From contig CAZKGL010000002.1 in NCBI GenBank assembly GCA_964552565.1, positions 365 through 64,364 on the forward strand: a stretch of DNA of 64,000 nucleotides, written 5' to 3'. The stretch is from an uncultured Gammaproteobacteria bacterium. GTDB lineage: Bacteria > Patescibacteriota > Patescibacteriia > UBA9934. The position numbers and the translations under genes are program-made. The notes beneath the pieces are model-generated. The model searched no databases, was not told the origin of the DNA, and worked only from the letters and a program-made list of their open reading frames with translations. This document shows, in pieces, positions 1 to 15,968 of this stretch (position 1 is the stretch's first letter; each line of letters opens with the position of its first letter).

Positions 1-1971
1 CGGTGTCGCCTGGATGTCGATGCCCGCCACCGCGTCCTCACGCTCTTTGACGCGCGCCTGGATGGTCTCGACCGACTCCTCTTCCGCTTCGTTCTTCTCC
101 TGCGCGACCTCCTCCATGGCACGGTCGAGGTTCACCTTCGTCTCCTGCGCCACCTCTTCCTGCGTCATTTTGACAAGGCTGCACGTGCCGCCGTTGAAGA
201 GCACCTTGAAGTACCGCTGGAACTCCTTGTTGATCTCCGCAAACGACTTCTCGGACTGCGTGCGGATCTGCAGGTCGAGCTCGTCGATAATCTTTTCCGT
301 GCTGCGGATCGCGTCGCGGAGGTCCTTCACCTGCGTCGAGAGGAACGTAAACCGTTCATTCGTCGTCTCGTACTCCTTCATGACTTCCTCGTCGATGCCG
401 CCGATGACCTCCAGCTGGTGCTTGAGTCGGATCATCTTGTCGTGCGCCGCTTGCACGTCCTCGAGCCGGGTCTCCGGCCGCGCCTTCTTCACCTCTGTCG
501 CCATCTCCGCGCCGATTTCGTCCGCCATCTCGCGCTCCATCCCCTCAAGCCGCGTCTCGACGCGCGTCATCTCGATGGCGATGCCGTTCGCCGCCTGCTC
601 GAGGCTGAACAGTTCCTGCTGGAGGGCGCGCAGTTCGCGCTGGAACGCGAAGGCCTCGCTCTTTTGCGCGGTCGCCTGCTTCGCAAACGCATCCATCGCC
701 GCCTCGCTCTCCTTCACCTTCGCCTCTGCCGCGCCGATCCGCGTCTTTGCGGCGTCGATTGCGGCGAGCTGTTCGGCCGAAGGCGTGAAATCTTCGGGAT
801 TCGGTTTGGTGAGACGATCCTTAAGCTTCTTCGAGCGACTGAAAATGCCGTCGATCTCGTCCGCGATGCGCGTCACCTCCTCCAAATCCTTCGCCGCTTT
901 CAGCCGCGCCACCGCATCCTTCTGCGCGTCAGAAATACCGCCGACCTCGAGGATGATTTCGTGCAGCGGAAGCGGCGCCCACGTCGACTGCGCCTTCACC
1001 TTTGCAAGCTCAAGCTCACGCTCGGCCGTAAAGTGGATCCTTCGCGCCTCGGCGAGTTCTTGTTGCGCGGCCTTGTACGCAGCCTGGAGCGGAGCCAATC
1101 CGGACTCGTTCCTCGATCCTCGCTCCTCGCTCCTCTCCAAGGCCGCCAACTTCTCGTCTCCCGCCCTAATGTCCTCCTGCTTCTTGCTGACACGGCCACG
1201 GGCTTCGGCGAGACGCCGATCGATACCTTGCTTTTCGTCCATGAGCGCCCACCATGCCGACCCGTAGTACTCGCGTTCAAGGGCACGGAGCTCCGCCTCG
1301 ACCGTCGCGCGCTTCTGCAGGCGGTCGACCTGGCGCTTCAGCGAGTTGAGGCGCGGCTCGAGTTCGCCAAGCAACAATTCGACCTCGGAAAGATTCTCCG
1401 CGGACTTCGTCAGCTTGAGGAGCGCCTGGTGGCGCTTCATCTGGAACCCGCGGACGCCCATCGCGTCATCAAAGAAAATCTTGCGCTCTTCCGGCGTCGC
1501 GGTGAGGACGTGGTCGATCATCCCCTGCCCGATGACCGAATACGACCGCTGGCCGACGCCGGCCTCGGCGAGCATGAGCTGGATGTCGGCAAGGCGCGAG
1601 GCGGCGCCGTTCACGAGGTATGCGGACTCGCCGTCGCGGTAGAGGCGGCGGGTAATGACGACTTCGGAGAACTCGACGCCCATCGACTGGTCGCGGTTGT
1701 CGAACGTCAGGCTCACTTCAGCGAACCCGGAACGGGACTTGCCTTCAGAACCGGAAAAAATGACGTCCTCCGCCTTTTTGCCGCGCAGGAGCTTCAGCGA
1801 CTGTTCGCCCAAACACCAGCGGATGGCGTCCGCGAGGTTGCTCTTGCCCGACCCGTTGGGGCCGACGACGACGGTCAGCGCATGCCGACCGCCCTTTTCT
1901 TCCGGGAACTCGAGCGACGTCTTTGCCGCAAACGTTTTGAACCCCTGGACCTCAAGGCGCTTCAAGTACAT
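1..1971 (-). CDS. smc: SMC-family chromosome segregation ATPase (3' end outside the window; shortened arms, no recognisable hinge)
   Basis: Not in the ORF track. Manual translation from ATG 1971: MYLKRLEVQGFKTF..VVGPNGSGKSNLADAIRWCLGEQ..RGKKAEDVIFSG..IGQGMID, coiled coils, then FKVLFNGG..GIDIQATP at the window edge. Confidence 0.93.
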   Translation of the reverse strand, partial: MYLKRLEVQGFKTFAAKTSLEFPEEKGGRHALTVVVGPNGSGKSNLADAIRWCLGEQSLKLLRGKKAEDVIFSGSEGKSRSGFAEVSLTFDNRDQSMGVEFSEVVITRRLYRDGESAYLVNGAASRLADIQLMLAEAGVGQRSYSVIGQGMIDHVLTATPEERKIFFDDAMGVRGFQMKRHQALLKLTKSAENLSEVELLLGELEPRLNSLKRQVDRLQKRATVEAELRALEREYYGSAWWALMDEKQGIDRRLAEARGRVSKKQEDIRAGDEKLAALERSEERGSRNESGLAPLQAAYKAAQQELAEARRIHFTAERELELAKVKAQSTWAPLPLHEIILEVGGISDAQKDAVARLKAAKDLEEVTRIADEIDGIFSRSKKLKDRLTKPNPEDFTPSAEQLAAIDAAKTRIGAAEAKVKESEAAMDAFAKQATAQKSEAFAFQRELRALQQELFSLEQAANGIAIEMTRVETRLEGMEREMADEIGAEMATEVKKARPETRLEDVQAAHDKMIRLKHQLEVIGGIDEEVMKEYETTNERFTFLSTQVKDLRDAIRSTEKIIDELDLQIRTQSEKSFAEINKEFQRYFKVLFNGGTCSLVKMTQEEVAQETKVNLDRAMEEVAQEKNEAEEESVETIQARVKEREDAVAGIDIQATP

Positions 1972-2025
1972 AGCTAGGCTCGATTGTACACGGCCTTTTC
2001 GCCCCTCGCCAGACAGGTGCCCACA

Positions 2026-2054
2026 TTGACTTTATGCGCACTTTTTGCTAAATT
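2026..2054 (+). promoter_or_regulatory. sigma70-type promoter
   Basis: TTGACT-17 bp-TAAATT about 30 nt upstream of ATG 2084. Confidence 0.65.
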
Positions 2055-2083
2055 TTGTAGACATCAGCACACCGGGAGCCACC

Positions 2084-2242
2084 ATGAAAGCGTTTCTTTC
2101 GATCCTCGCGCTCTTCGTCATCATCACGTTCGCCTTCGCCGCCGGAGCATTCTGGAAAGCTCACAACCCGATCTGGATGCTGACCCTGTCAGCAAGTGTC
2201 GCATCGGCTGCGGCGATCGTGGTCCGCGCGATGAAAACGTAG
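2084..2242 (+). CDS. Small hydrophobic protein, 52 aa, two putative TM helices
   Basis: GGGAG RBS, own promoter and terminator; MKAFLSILALFVIITFAFAAGAFWK.. Confidence 0.7.
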   Translation: MKAFLSILALFVIITFAFAAGAFWKAHNPIWMLTLSASVASAAAIVVRAMKT

Positions 2243-2273
2243 CCGCTTCGCCACATCCGCGGGCCGCCCACAC

Positions 2274-2308
2274 GAAGGGCCGCCCTGCGGGTGCGGCTCT
2301 TCATTTTT
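2274..2308 (+). terminator. Intrinsic terminator
   Basis: GAAGGGCCGC..GCGGCTCTTC stem followed by ATTTTT. Confidence 0.6.
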
Positions 2309-2320
2309 ATCCGAGCAAAC

Positions 2321-2456
2321 CGAGACTTAGTCATGACTTAGTCTCGAAACTTGTAGACTTAGTCTCGAAACTTGTACCAAATACAGCCAAAAAACTGGCC
2401 GCGGATCCTTCCCGTGCGCTCAGGATGGTTGCAGAAAGCCCCGAGACTTAGTCTCG
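2321..2456. repeat. Four GACTTAGTC quasi-palindromes, including a 21-bp tandem repeat (operator-like)
   Basis: CGAGACTTAGTCATGACTTAGTCTCG at 2321-2346; GACTTAGTCTCGAAACTTGTA x2; CGAGACTTAGTCTCG at 2442-2456. Confidence 0.85.
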
Positions 2457-2506
2457 CATGTGGACAAGCGCCTTTGACACCATGCACAGGTACGGTATCC
2501 TCGAAT

Positions 2507-2765
2507 GCAGATATGTTGAGCTTCACCTGGATCAAGCGCTACACCGCCCTCACCGTCGATTGCTTTTCGCCGGCCGGTTTGCGTTGTACCTAAGTGAAGC
2601 CTTTTCACCTCGATACAAAGCGAACCGACCGCCCACGCGGTCGGTTCTTCGTTCCGGCGAGTTGAACGCTCCTTTGCGGAGAAAGGGAGCGTTCAGGCCA
2701 CCGGAAACCCCGCGCACCGCCAGCCTGAGGGCATGCGCATCCGTCCACCAGCAGGTCTTTCACCA
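2507..2765 (+). ncRNA. Candidate structured leader or ncRNA
   Basis: Follows TTGACA-16-TATCCT (2474-2501); stems GAACCGACCGC/GCGGTCGGTTC and TGAACGCTCC/GGAGCGTTCA, the latter inside TTCCGG/CCGGAA. Confidence 0.4.
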
Positions 2766-3110
2766 ATGAACGCTGACGACTACGCCATCGACACCCCGCC
2801 CGCCATCCACGCCGAAGCCCCCGCGGAGGCGGGTGTGCCCTCCCGCGACCCCGCCAACCTCGAGGAGTGGCACCTCATCGCCTCCCGCGTCCCCGGCTTC
2901 GGTTTCACGGTGACCCACGACCGCCGCGGCAAGCCGCAGGTCGTGACCACCGGCCACCCCACGCACAACGGCCGGAAGCTCTCGCGGAAGGAGATGATCG
3001 CGGTCGCGCACGGTGAGTCGGGCATCACGCTCGACCCGCCCGGCACCCGTCAGGCCAACCCGCCGCCGAAGCGCCAGCGTCCCATCGCGCTGCGCGTCTA
3101 CGCCTCGTAG
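2766..3110 (+). CDS. Hypothetical protein, 114 aa
   Basis: Strong G/C third-position bias from ATG 2766; two hairpins after the stop. Confidence 0.7.
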   Translation: MNADDYAIDTPPAIHAEAPAEAGVPSRDPANLEEWHLIASRVPGFGFTVTHDRRGKPQVVTTGHPTHNGRKLSRKEMIAVAHGESGITLDPPGTRQANPPPKRQRPIALRVYAS

Positions 3111-3246
3111 ACCCCCCTGCTGGACCTGGAGGAGCACGCCCTCGCGCCTGCTCCTCCGTCCCACTGTCATCCGAACTGAGGTTCGGATTGCTGAGGACGC
3201 ATACACTTGACCAAGGGGAAACGGACCCGTACACTCCGTCCTCCCT

Positions 3247-4263
3247 ATGGGCCCCGTTATCGAGCAAAAAGCGGTGGAGGCGATGCGTGCCAGCCGGCAC
3301 GTCCTCCTCATGACCGACGAGCGCCTGGACGGCGACACGCTCGGTTCCAGCTTGGGGCTTTTCCATGTCCTGCGCGAGATGGGCAAGACCGTCACGGTCT
3401 ATTCGCCAAAACCCATCCCGGCGCAGTTTTCTTTTTTGCCCGGCATCGACCGCATCCGTACGGACGACCTCGTCTTTGCGGATACGACGATCGACCTCGC
3501 CATCATCTGCGACTGCTCGGACGGCCTCTACCTCAACGACAAGCTCCCCCTCATGCCGCGCAAGGTGCCGATGGTCATGTTTGACCACCACAGCACCAAC
3601 CCGCGGTTCGGGACATACAACTTCGTCGAGCCGCGTGCGGCGTCGACCGCGGACGTGGTGTGGCGGTTCCTGAAGCGCAACGGCTTCCCCGTGCCGCGCC
3701 ATGCCGCGCAGTGCTTCCTGACCGGCATCTGTACCGACACGTCGCTCTTCTCCACGTCGAACACGACCGCGGCGGCGTTCGAGGCGTCGGTCGAACTGAC
3801 AAAACGCGGCGCAAAGCTCCATGAAGTCGTGCGCCACACCATGATGGACCGCCCCGTGCCCGTGCTGCGCGTGTGGGGCATCCTTTTTGAGCGCCTGCAT
3901 TACAACGAGGAGTTCGACGCCCTTGCAACCGCCCTCACCCAGGCGGACATCGAGGCGTGCGGCAACCCGGAGGTCGAGACCTCGAGCATCTCCAACTTCT
4001 TGAACGCCACACTCGACCAGGCCGACACCATCCTCATCCTCCGCGAGGCGGACGACGGGTCGGTGAAGGCGAGCCTGCGCAGCCGCGGACGCGACGTTGC
4101 GGCGCTTGCCGAAAAGTACGGGGGTGGCGGCCACACGTTCGCGGCAGGCTTCAAAGTCCCGAACGCGCGCCTCGAGCAGGCGGACGGCATTTGGCGCATC
4201 CGCCGTACCGAGCCCCTCCCCACCGCGCCCAAAGAGGGCATCGAGGTGAATTTTTTGAAGTAA
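3247..4263 (+). CDS. nrnA: DHH/DHHA1 phosphoesterase (NanoRNase A-like)
   Basis: DGD motif, FDHH, TDTxxF, SLRS and GGGH motifs; promoter TTGACC-17-TACACT at 3207. Confidence 0.88.
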   Translation: MGPVIEQKAVEAMRASRHVLLMTDERLDGDTLGSSLGLFHVLREMGKTVTVYSPKPIPAQFSFLPGIDRIRTDDLVFADTTIDLAIICDCSDGLYLNDKLPLMPRKVPMVMFDHHSTNPRFGTYNFVEPRAASTADVVWRFLKRNGFPVPRHAAQCFLTGICTDTSLFSTSNTTAAAFEASVELTKRGAKLHEVVRHTMMDRPVPVLRVWGILFERLHYNEEFDALATALTQADIEACGNPEVETSSISNFLNATLDQADTILILREADDGSVKASLRSRGRDVAALAEKYGGGGHTFAAGFKVPNARLEQADGIWRIRRTEPLPTAPKEGIEVNFLK

Positions 4264-4300
4264 CGGCACGGATGTGCCAGACTGGATGCGGAGGTGTTCG

Positions 4301-4549
4301 ATGGCGGCCGCCCCCTCTCCCGTGTCCCGTGTGGACTGCCCGCACCCGCGCTGCAAGCTGAAGACGCACATCTACGACTCGCTCGGCGCGCATCATTCCG
4401 GCGACGACGTGTACCAAATCGTGAAGTGCCAGCACTGCGGAGGGCAGATCAAGGTCTTTACCATGCTGAAAGGCATGTTCGTTCCCGCAGACAAGCTCGT
4501 CGGTGAGAAGTTCAACGAGACTGTCCGCCGCAAGGAGTGGACGCGATGA
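4301..4549 (+). CDS. Small putative zinc-ribbon protein
   Basis: GGAGG RBS; CPHPRC..CQHC cysteine pairs. Confidence 0.65.
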   Translation: MAAAPSPVSRVDCPHPRCKLKTHIYDSLGAHHSGDDVYQIVKCQHCGGQIKVFTMLKGMFVPADKLVGEKFNETVRRKEWTR

Positions 4550-4603
4550 ACGCCAGCGACGCAACGACCCCCAGCCATCGTCTCGGCCGGGGGTCGCTCG
4601 CAT

Positions 4604-5347
4604 TTATAAGGTCGTAATAGGCCGGCTTTGCAGAATGGACAGATCGCCGCCCGCAATCGCCCACTCAATGTCGCACGGAAAGCCGAAGTGCGACTCGATA
4701 CGGCCGCACATCGCCGCGATGGCGCGCACCTCGTCGTCCGTCAGCACGCGCTGGTCGTCCGCCTGAAACACGTCGATAATCGCGTCCGCCGTCTTGTCAT
4801 ACGTATAACCGTCCGGGGTCACCTCCCCGCCGACAAGTCGGTCGCCGAGGCCGCGGCACGCTTCGATAATCATGTGGTCGGCGCGCGCCGTCACCGGGTG
4901 CACGGTAAAACACACACCCGCCGCGTCTGCCCGCACCATCTGCTGTACGACGACTGCGACCGCGGCGTCCCCCTGCCCCTTTTCTGCCTGGTACGCCTTT
5001 GCGCGCTCCGACGCGACGGACGCCCAACACCGCTTCACGTTTTCGATAAGCGTGTCGCGCGTCGTGTTGAGATACGACCCGAGCTGTCCGGCCCAGCTCG
5101 CCTCTTTCGAGTCTTCGCCCGCCGCGGACGAACGAACGGCGACGCGATCGGCTCCGAGCGTTGCGAACGCACGACCAATCTCCTCGACGACCTCCGGCGT
5201 CGCACCGGCGCGAAACGCATCGACCGTAACGACAAAACCCGGCGGCACCGGAATCCCGGCGCGCGTCATTTCCCCAAGCGACGCTCCCTTCCCACCCGCA
5301 ACGAGGACGTCGTCTTTGCCGATTTCAGAAAACCATCGCACGTACAT
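4604..5347 (-). CDS. Stand-alone PEP/pyruvate-binding (PPDK N-terminal ATP-grasp) domain protein
   Basis: GGKGASLGEM, VPPGFV, VAVRSS..ED..SWAG, DIEWA..LQSRPIT; no phospho-His swivel domain. Confidence 0.88.
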   Translation of the reverse strand: MYVRWFSEIGKDDVLVAGGKGASLGEMTRAGIPVPPGFVVTVDAFRAGATPEVVEEIGRAFATLGADRVAVRSSAAGEDSKEASWAGQLGSYLNTTRDTLIENVKRCWASVASERAKAYQAEKGQGDAAVAVVVQQMVRADAAGVCFTVHPVTARADHMIIEACRGLGDRLVGGEVTPDGYTYDKTADAIIDVFQADDQRVLTDDEVRAIAAMCGRIESHFGFPCDIEWAIAGGDLSILQSRPITTL

Positions 5348-5377
5348 GCCGAGATGGTATCGAGCGCAGCATCATGA

Positions 5378-5601
5378 TGCAACAAAAACACCCGGCGCAG
5401 GGCCGGGGTGTTTTTGGAGCGGGTTGCGGGAGTCTGGCCTTGCGGCCAGAGCCGCTGCGCTCGCTCGGAAGTCCTGGAGCGAGCTCCGGACCCCACTCGC
5501 TCGCTTGCTTGTCGAACCACTAGTGAAACGCGGGTTCTCCTCCCTGCAACAAAAACACCCGGCGCGGGGCCGGGGTGTTTTTGGAGCGGGTTGCGGGAGT
5601 C
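5378..5601. repeat. 57-bp direct repeat (tRNA-Gly 3' end plus terminator), 167-bp period
   Basis: 5378-5434 vs 5545-5601, one mismatch. Confidence 0.92.
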
Positions 5602-5656
5602 GAACCCGCGTTCGCAGGTTGGAAACCTGCAGTATTAGCCGTTATACGAAACCCGC
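5582..5656 (-). tRNA. tRNA-Gly(TCC)
   Basis: GCGGGTT acceptor, GCAGG-TT TCC AA-CCTGC anticodon arm, GGTTCGACTCC, encoded CCA. Confidence 0.95.
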
Positions 5657-5757
5657 GTGCAATTGCTGACGGGAGAATCCTATCAAAAAAGCAGGCGTTT
5701 GCCAAGAAATGCGTTGCCCGCCCCAGGAGACCCAGGGCGGGCGACGATGACGAGGCG

Positions 5758-6276
5758 CTAGAGCCCCGGGTGGGCGACGAGGCGACGCACGAAGGCGTAG
5801 GCGGTCCTGGCGGACGGGATGACCCGCGTCACGACGGCAACGGACAGCGAGGTGCAGAGCAATGCCCACTTCATCCGGTTGCTCAACATGAAGGAGGTCA
5901 CGTCCTCTTCGCGAACAAGCAGGAGAACAGTTGCCGCGGTGTTCTCGGCCATGGTGTCAATCATGGCAGTGAACGACGCGAGCACGAAGCAGTTACCCCG
6001 CCAGATTCCACGCGGAGCGATGTGGGTGATGACCCCCGCGTACGCGATCGGGAACAGGACGTCGAGCGTCCACAGCGCCCAGAGGTACGTCGACCCCATG
6101 CCGCTCCGCTCGAGGGCGTCGAAGGCGCTCTTCGCCTCCTCCATGGTCGCGAAGACGATGAGGTCGGGCACCGTGCCTCCCGCGGCCTCGATGATGCCGG
6201 TGACGTACTGGAGGCCGGCCGCCGAGAGGAGGTACAGGACGAGGAACAGGAAAAAGGGACGTCGGATGAACTTCAC
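5758..6276 (-). CDS. Hypothetical membrane protein, about 4 TM
   Basis: GTG start with AGGAG RBS; hydrophobic segments; own promoter and 3' hairpin. Confidence 0.72.
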   Translation of the reverse strand: MKFIRRPFFLFLVLYLLSAAGLQYVTGIIEAAGGTVPDLIVFATMEEAKSAFDALERSGMGSTYLWALWTLDVLFPIAYAGVITHIAPRGIWRGNCFVLASFTAMIDTMAENTAATVLLLVREEDVTSFMLSNRMKWALLCTSLSVAVVTRVIPSARTAYAFVRRLVAHPGL

Positions 6277-6308
6277 GCGAACTCCTGGGTTGCAAGGTTG
6301 CGAGGCGA

Positions 6309-6337
6309 ATATTAGCCGAAAAACGGCATTCCGTCAA
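6309..6337 (-). promoter_or_regulatory. sigma70-type promoter
   Basis: TTGACG-gaatgccgtttttcggc-TAATAT. Confidence 0.7.
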
Positions 6338-6348
6338 CCGGAGTACCG

Positions 6349-7836
6349 TTAATCAAGTTCCAGCTTCATTCGCTCAATCGCCTGTGCTGCGTCGCGATTG
6401 CCGCTCTGGTCGGCCGGAACCTCGCGCAGGAGGGTGACGATGTTGTAATGACAGAAATCCTTCTCGTCCCTGAGGTCGTCGGCGAGGCGGACGATCTGCC
6501 CCACGCCAGGGCCGGGCGGGTAGCCGAGGTCAATAATCTCCCCGCCGCGGACGAGATGCTCCGGCGCGGCGCCGAACACGCCAAGTTTCTTTGCCCGGTC
6601 GCGCAGCCAGGCCCCTGCATGGTATTCGCCGGGAAACGCAAACTCGCCCGGCTTTCCCGGTACAGGAAACGGCCCACGGCCGCGGAAGTCGGCTTCCGTC
6701 ACCAAGACGAGCTCCGCAATCGTCGCCGGGTCGATGCGCGCCGCAAGCCTGCGGATGGCGCCATCGCTGATCGCCGTCCCCTTCTCCGTCTCCTCGTGCC
6801 ACAACCGGAACGGCTTCATGTGGTCTCGGACGATGCCCACCACCTTGTCGCGGGTGTCCTCGCCAATCGCCAATGCGTGCAAAAATGCCTTCGTCGGCGC
6901 AGCGCCGGCATCCTCATGTCCATGCGATCGGACTCTCCCCTCCTCCACCCGCGTGACGCACGGCTTCCCAAAGTCATGACACAGCGCGCCGAGCATCATG
7001 GTGAGCGCGGTATCGTCATCGAGCGCTTCGCGGCGCGCGATTGCCGCCGCCTCGTCGACCACCATGCAGCTGTGCACCCACACGTTGCCTTCCGGGTGCC
7101 ACTCCGGCTCCTGCGGCGTCCCGGCGAGCGCCAATACTTCCGGGTGCAGCTCCTCGATGATGCCGACGTCCATGGCGAAATGGAGCCCAAGCGAGGGCTT
7201 CTCGGATTGCATGAGGAGCTTGCGCCATTCGCCGCCAATGCGCTCGCGCGGCAACTCTTTCAGCGTCCCCTGCATCCCCTTCATGAGCGCAAAACTATCC
7301 GGGTCGACCGTGAGGCCGAACCGTGCGACGAACTGCATGGCGCGGAGCACGCGCAGCGGGTCGTCGCCGAACATCTCCGCGTCGACGACGCGGAGCACCT
7401 TGTTCTTGAGGTCGTCTCTGCCGCGGTATGGGTCGACAAGCTCGCCGGTCAGCGGGTCCTGCGCAATGGCGTTCATCGTAAAGTCACGCCGACGCGCCGC
7501 CTCCGTTGGCGTCATGTCCGGGTGCGCCGCAACGGCAAACCCCTTGTGGCCCGGCGCAACTTTGGAATCCGAGCGCGGAAGCGACACGTCGATGTCCGCA
7601 CCGTCGACGACGAGCTTCAGGATGGCAAACCCCTTGCCGACATCGGACACCTCGCCGAACTCGCGGACGATGGCCTCGACCACTTCCGGCGCAAGCCCGT
7701 ACACCTCGACGTCGTAATCGACCGGTGCGATACCAAGGAGCCCGTCGCGCACGCTGCCGCCAACCACAAGCGCCCGGCCGCCCTTCTCGGCGACCGCCCC
7801 GGCCAGCGCAACGACGATTTCGTGGGCTTTGGGCAT
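6349..7836 (-). CDS. cca: CCA-adding tRNA nucleotidyltransferase with HD domain
   Basis: VGGSVRD..DYDVEV, RRDFTMNA, DDPLRVLR, HPEG, LCHDFGK; start placed at MPKAH. Confidence 0.88.
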   Translation of the reverse strand: MPKAHEIVVALAGAVAEKGGRALVVGGSVRDGLLGIAPVDYDVEVYGLAPEVVEAIVREFGEVSDVGKGFAILKLVVDGADIDVSLPRSDSKVAPGHKGFAVAAHPDMTPTEAARRRDFTMNAIAQDPLTGELVDPYRGRDDLKNKVLRVVDAEMFGDDPLRVLRAMQFVARFGLTVDPDSFALMKGMQGTLKELPRERIGGEWRKLLMQSEKPSLGLHFAMDVGIIEELHPEVLALAGTPQEPEWHPEGNVWVHSCMVVDEAAAIARREALDDDTALTMMLGALCHDFGKPCVTRVEEGRVRSHGHEDAGAAPTKAFLHALAIGEDTRDKVVGIVRDHMKPFRLWHEETEKGTAISDGAIRRLAARIDPATIAELVLVTEADFRGRGPFPVPGKPGEFAFPGEYHAGAWLRDRAKKLGVFGAAPEHLVRGGEIIDLGYPPGPGVGQIVRLADDLRDEKDFCHYNIVTLLREVPADQSGNRDAAQAIERMKLELD

Positions 7837-7849
7837 ACCAAAACCCATT

Positions 7850-8302
7850 TTAGCGGTCAGCCGCGCTCCACGCAATTGCAAGCGCATCGGCCGCGTCATC
7901 GACCTTCGGCGCCTTTTTGAGTTTGAACACCGTCCGCACCATCTCCTGCATCTGCCGCTTATCGGCCCTGCCATACCCCGTGAGCGCCATTTTCACCTCG
8001 TTTGGCTTCACTTCAACGACCTCGAGACCGGCTTCGGCCGCAAGCATGAGGAGGACGCCGCGCACTTCGGCGACCTTGAGACCGGTCGTCACGTTCTTGC
8101 TGAAAAACAGCGTCTCGATCGCCATGCGCTCTGGTCTGTATTGTTTCATGAGCGTCCGCACGTCAGCAGCGATCTCCGCGAGCCGCTCGGCGGCAGCGCG
8201 CTCCTTCGGCGTCGTAATGACACCAAACCCAAGCGCCTTGCCAGCCTCGACGACCGCAAACCCGAGCCTCCCGTAGCCTGGATCGAATCCAATGACGCGC
8301 AT
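7850..8302 (-). CDS. ruvC: Holliday junction resolvase
   Basis: IGFDPG, AIETLFF, TGYGRADK, DDAADALA. Confidence 0.96.
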   Translation of the reverse strand: MRVIGFDPGYGRLGFAVVEAGKALGFGVITTPKERAAAERLAEIAADVRTLMKQYRPERMAIETLFFSKNVTTGLKVAEVRGVLLMLAAEAGLEVVEVKPNEVKMALTGYGRADKRQMQEMVRTVFKLKKAPKVDDAADALAIAWSAADR

Positions 8303-8356
8303 ATCCCACCCATTTTACCAAAACCAAAGCCGGGGCGTGGGAACCCCGGCTCTTGG

Positions 8357-8548
8357 CTACGTCTGCCAACCGGCGACGGTTTTGAGTTTCCGGAGTTCAC
8401 GGTGGACCTCCTCGAAATGCGGAAAGACATTGTCTTCGAGCATTTCACCGACCGCGGTGATGATCTCGACTTTTGCCGTCTCGATAGCCGTACCGACTTC
8501 TTCCTTCACAATGCCGCGAATTGCCTGCAAATCCTGTTGTTCCAACAT
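8357..8548 (-). CDS. Small helical hypothetical protein, 63 aa
   Basis: MLEQQDLQAIRGIVKEEV.. after an AT-rich leader; the ORF-track upstream extension overlaps rpoC. Confidence 0.65.
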   Translation of the reverse strand: MLEQQDLQAIRGIVKEEVGTAIETAKVEIITAVGEMLEDNVFPHFEEVHRELRKLKTVAGWQT

Positions 8549-8648
8549 AAAATTATGGTTCGGGGAGTTGGAGTAAAAAGTTTCGCGCGAGGGAGTACGA
8601 CAAGCATACCATAACCAAAAGCGGGCCACAGTGGGCCCGCCTATTGGT

Positions 8649-12716
<4,068 letters not shown>

Positions 12717-12725
12717 AGGATGCGC

Positions 12726-15968
<3,243 letters not shown>

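Noticed and set aside
2321-2456. CRISPR array
   Set aside because: Repeats are short and tandem with no unique spacers, and there are no cas genes.
2600-2750. tmRNA, because of a CCACCA at ~2745
   Set aside because: No T-arm (GGTTCRA) before it and no tmRNA-like 5' end.
5378-5601. attL/attR of a prophage or island at tRNA-Gly
   Set aside because: Only 110 bp lie between the repeats and no integrase is adjacent; kept as a tRNA-linked repeat.
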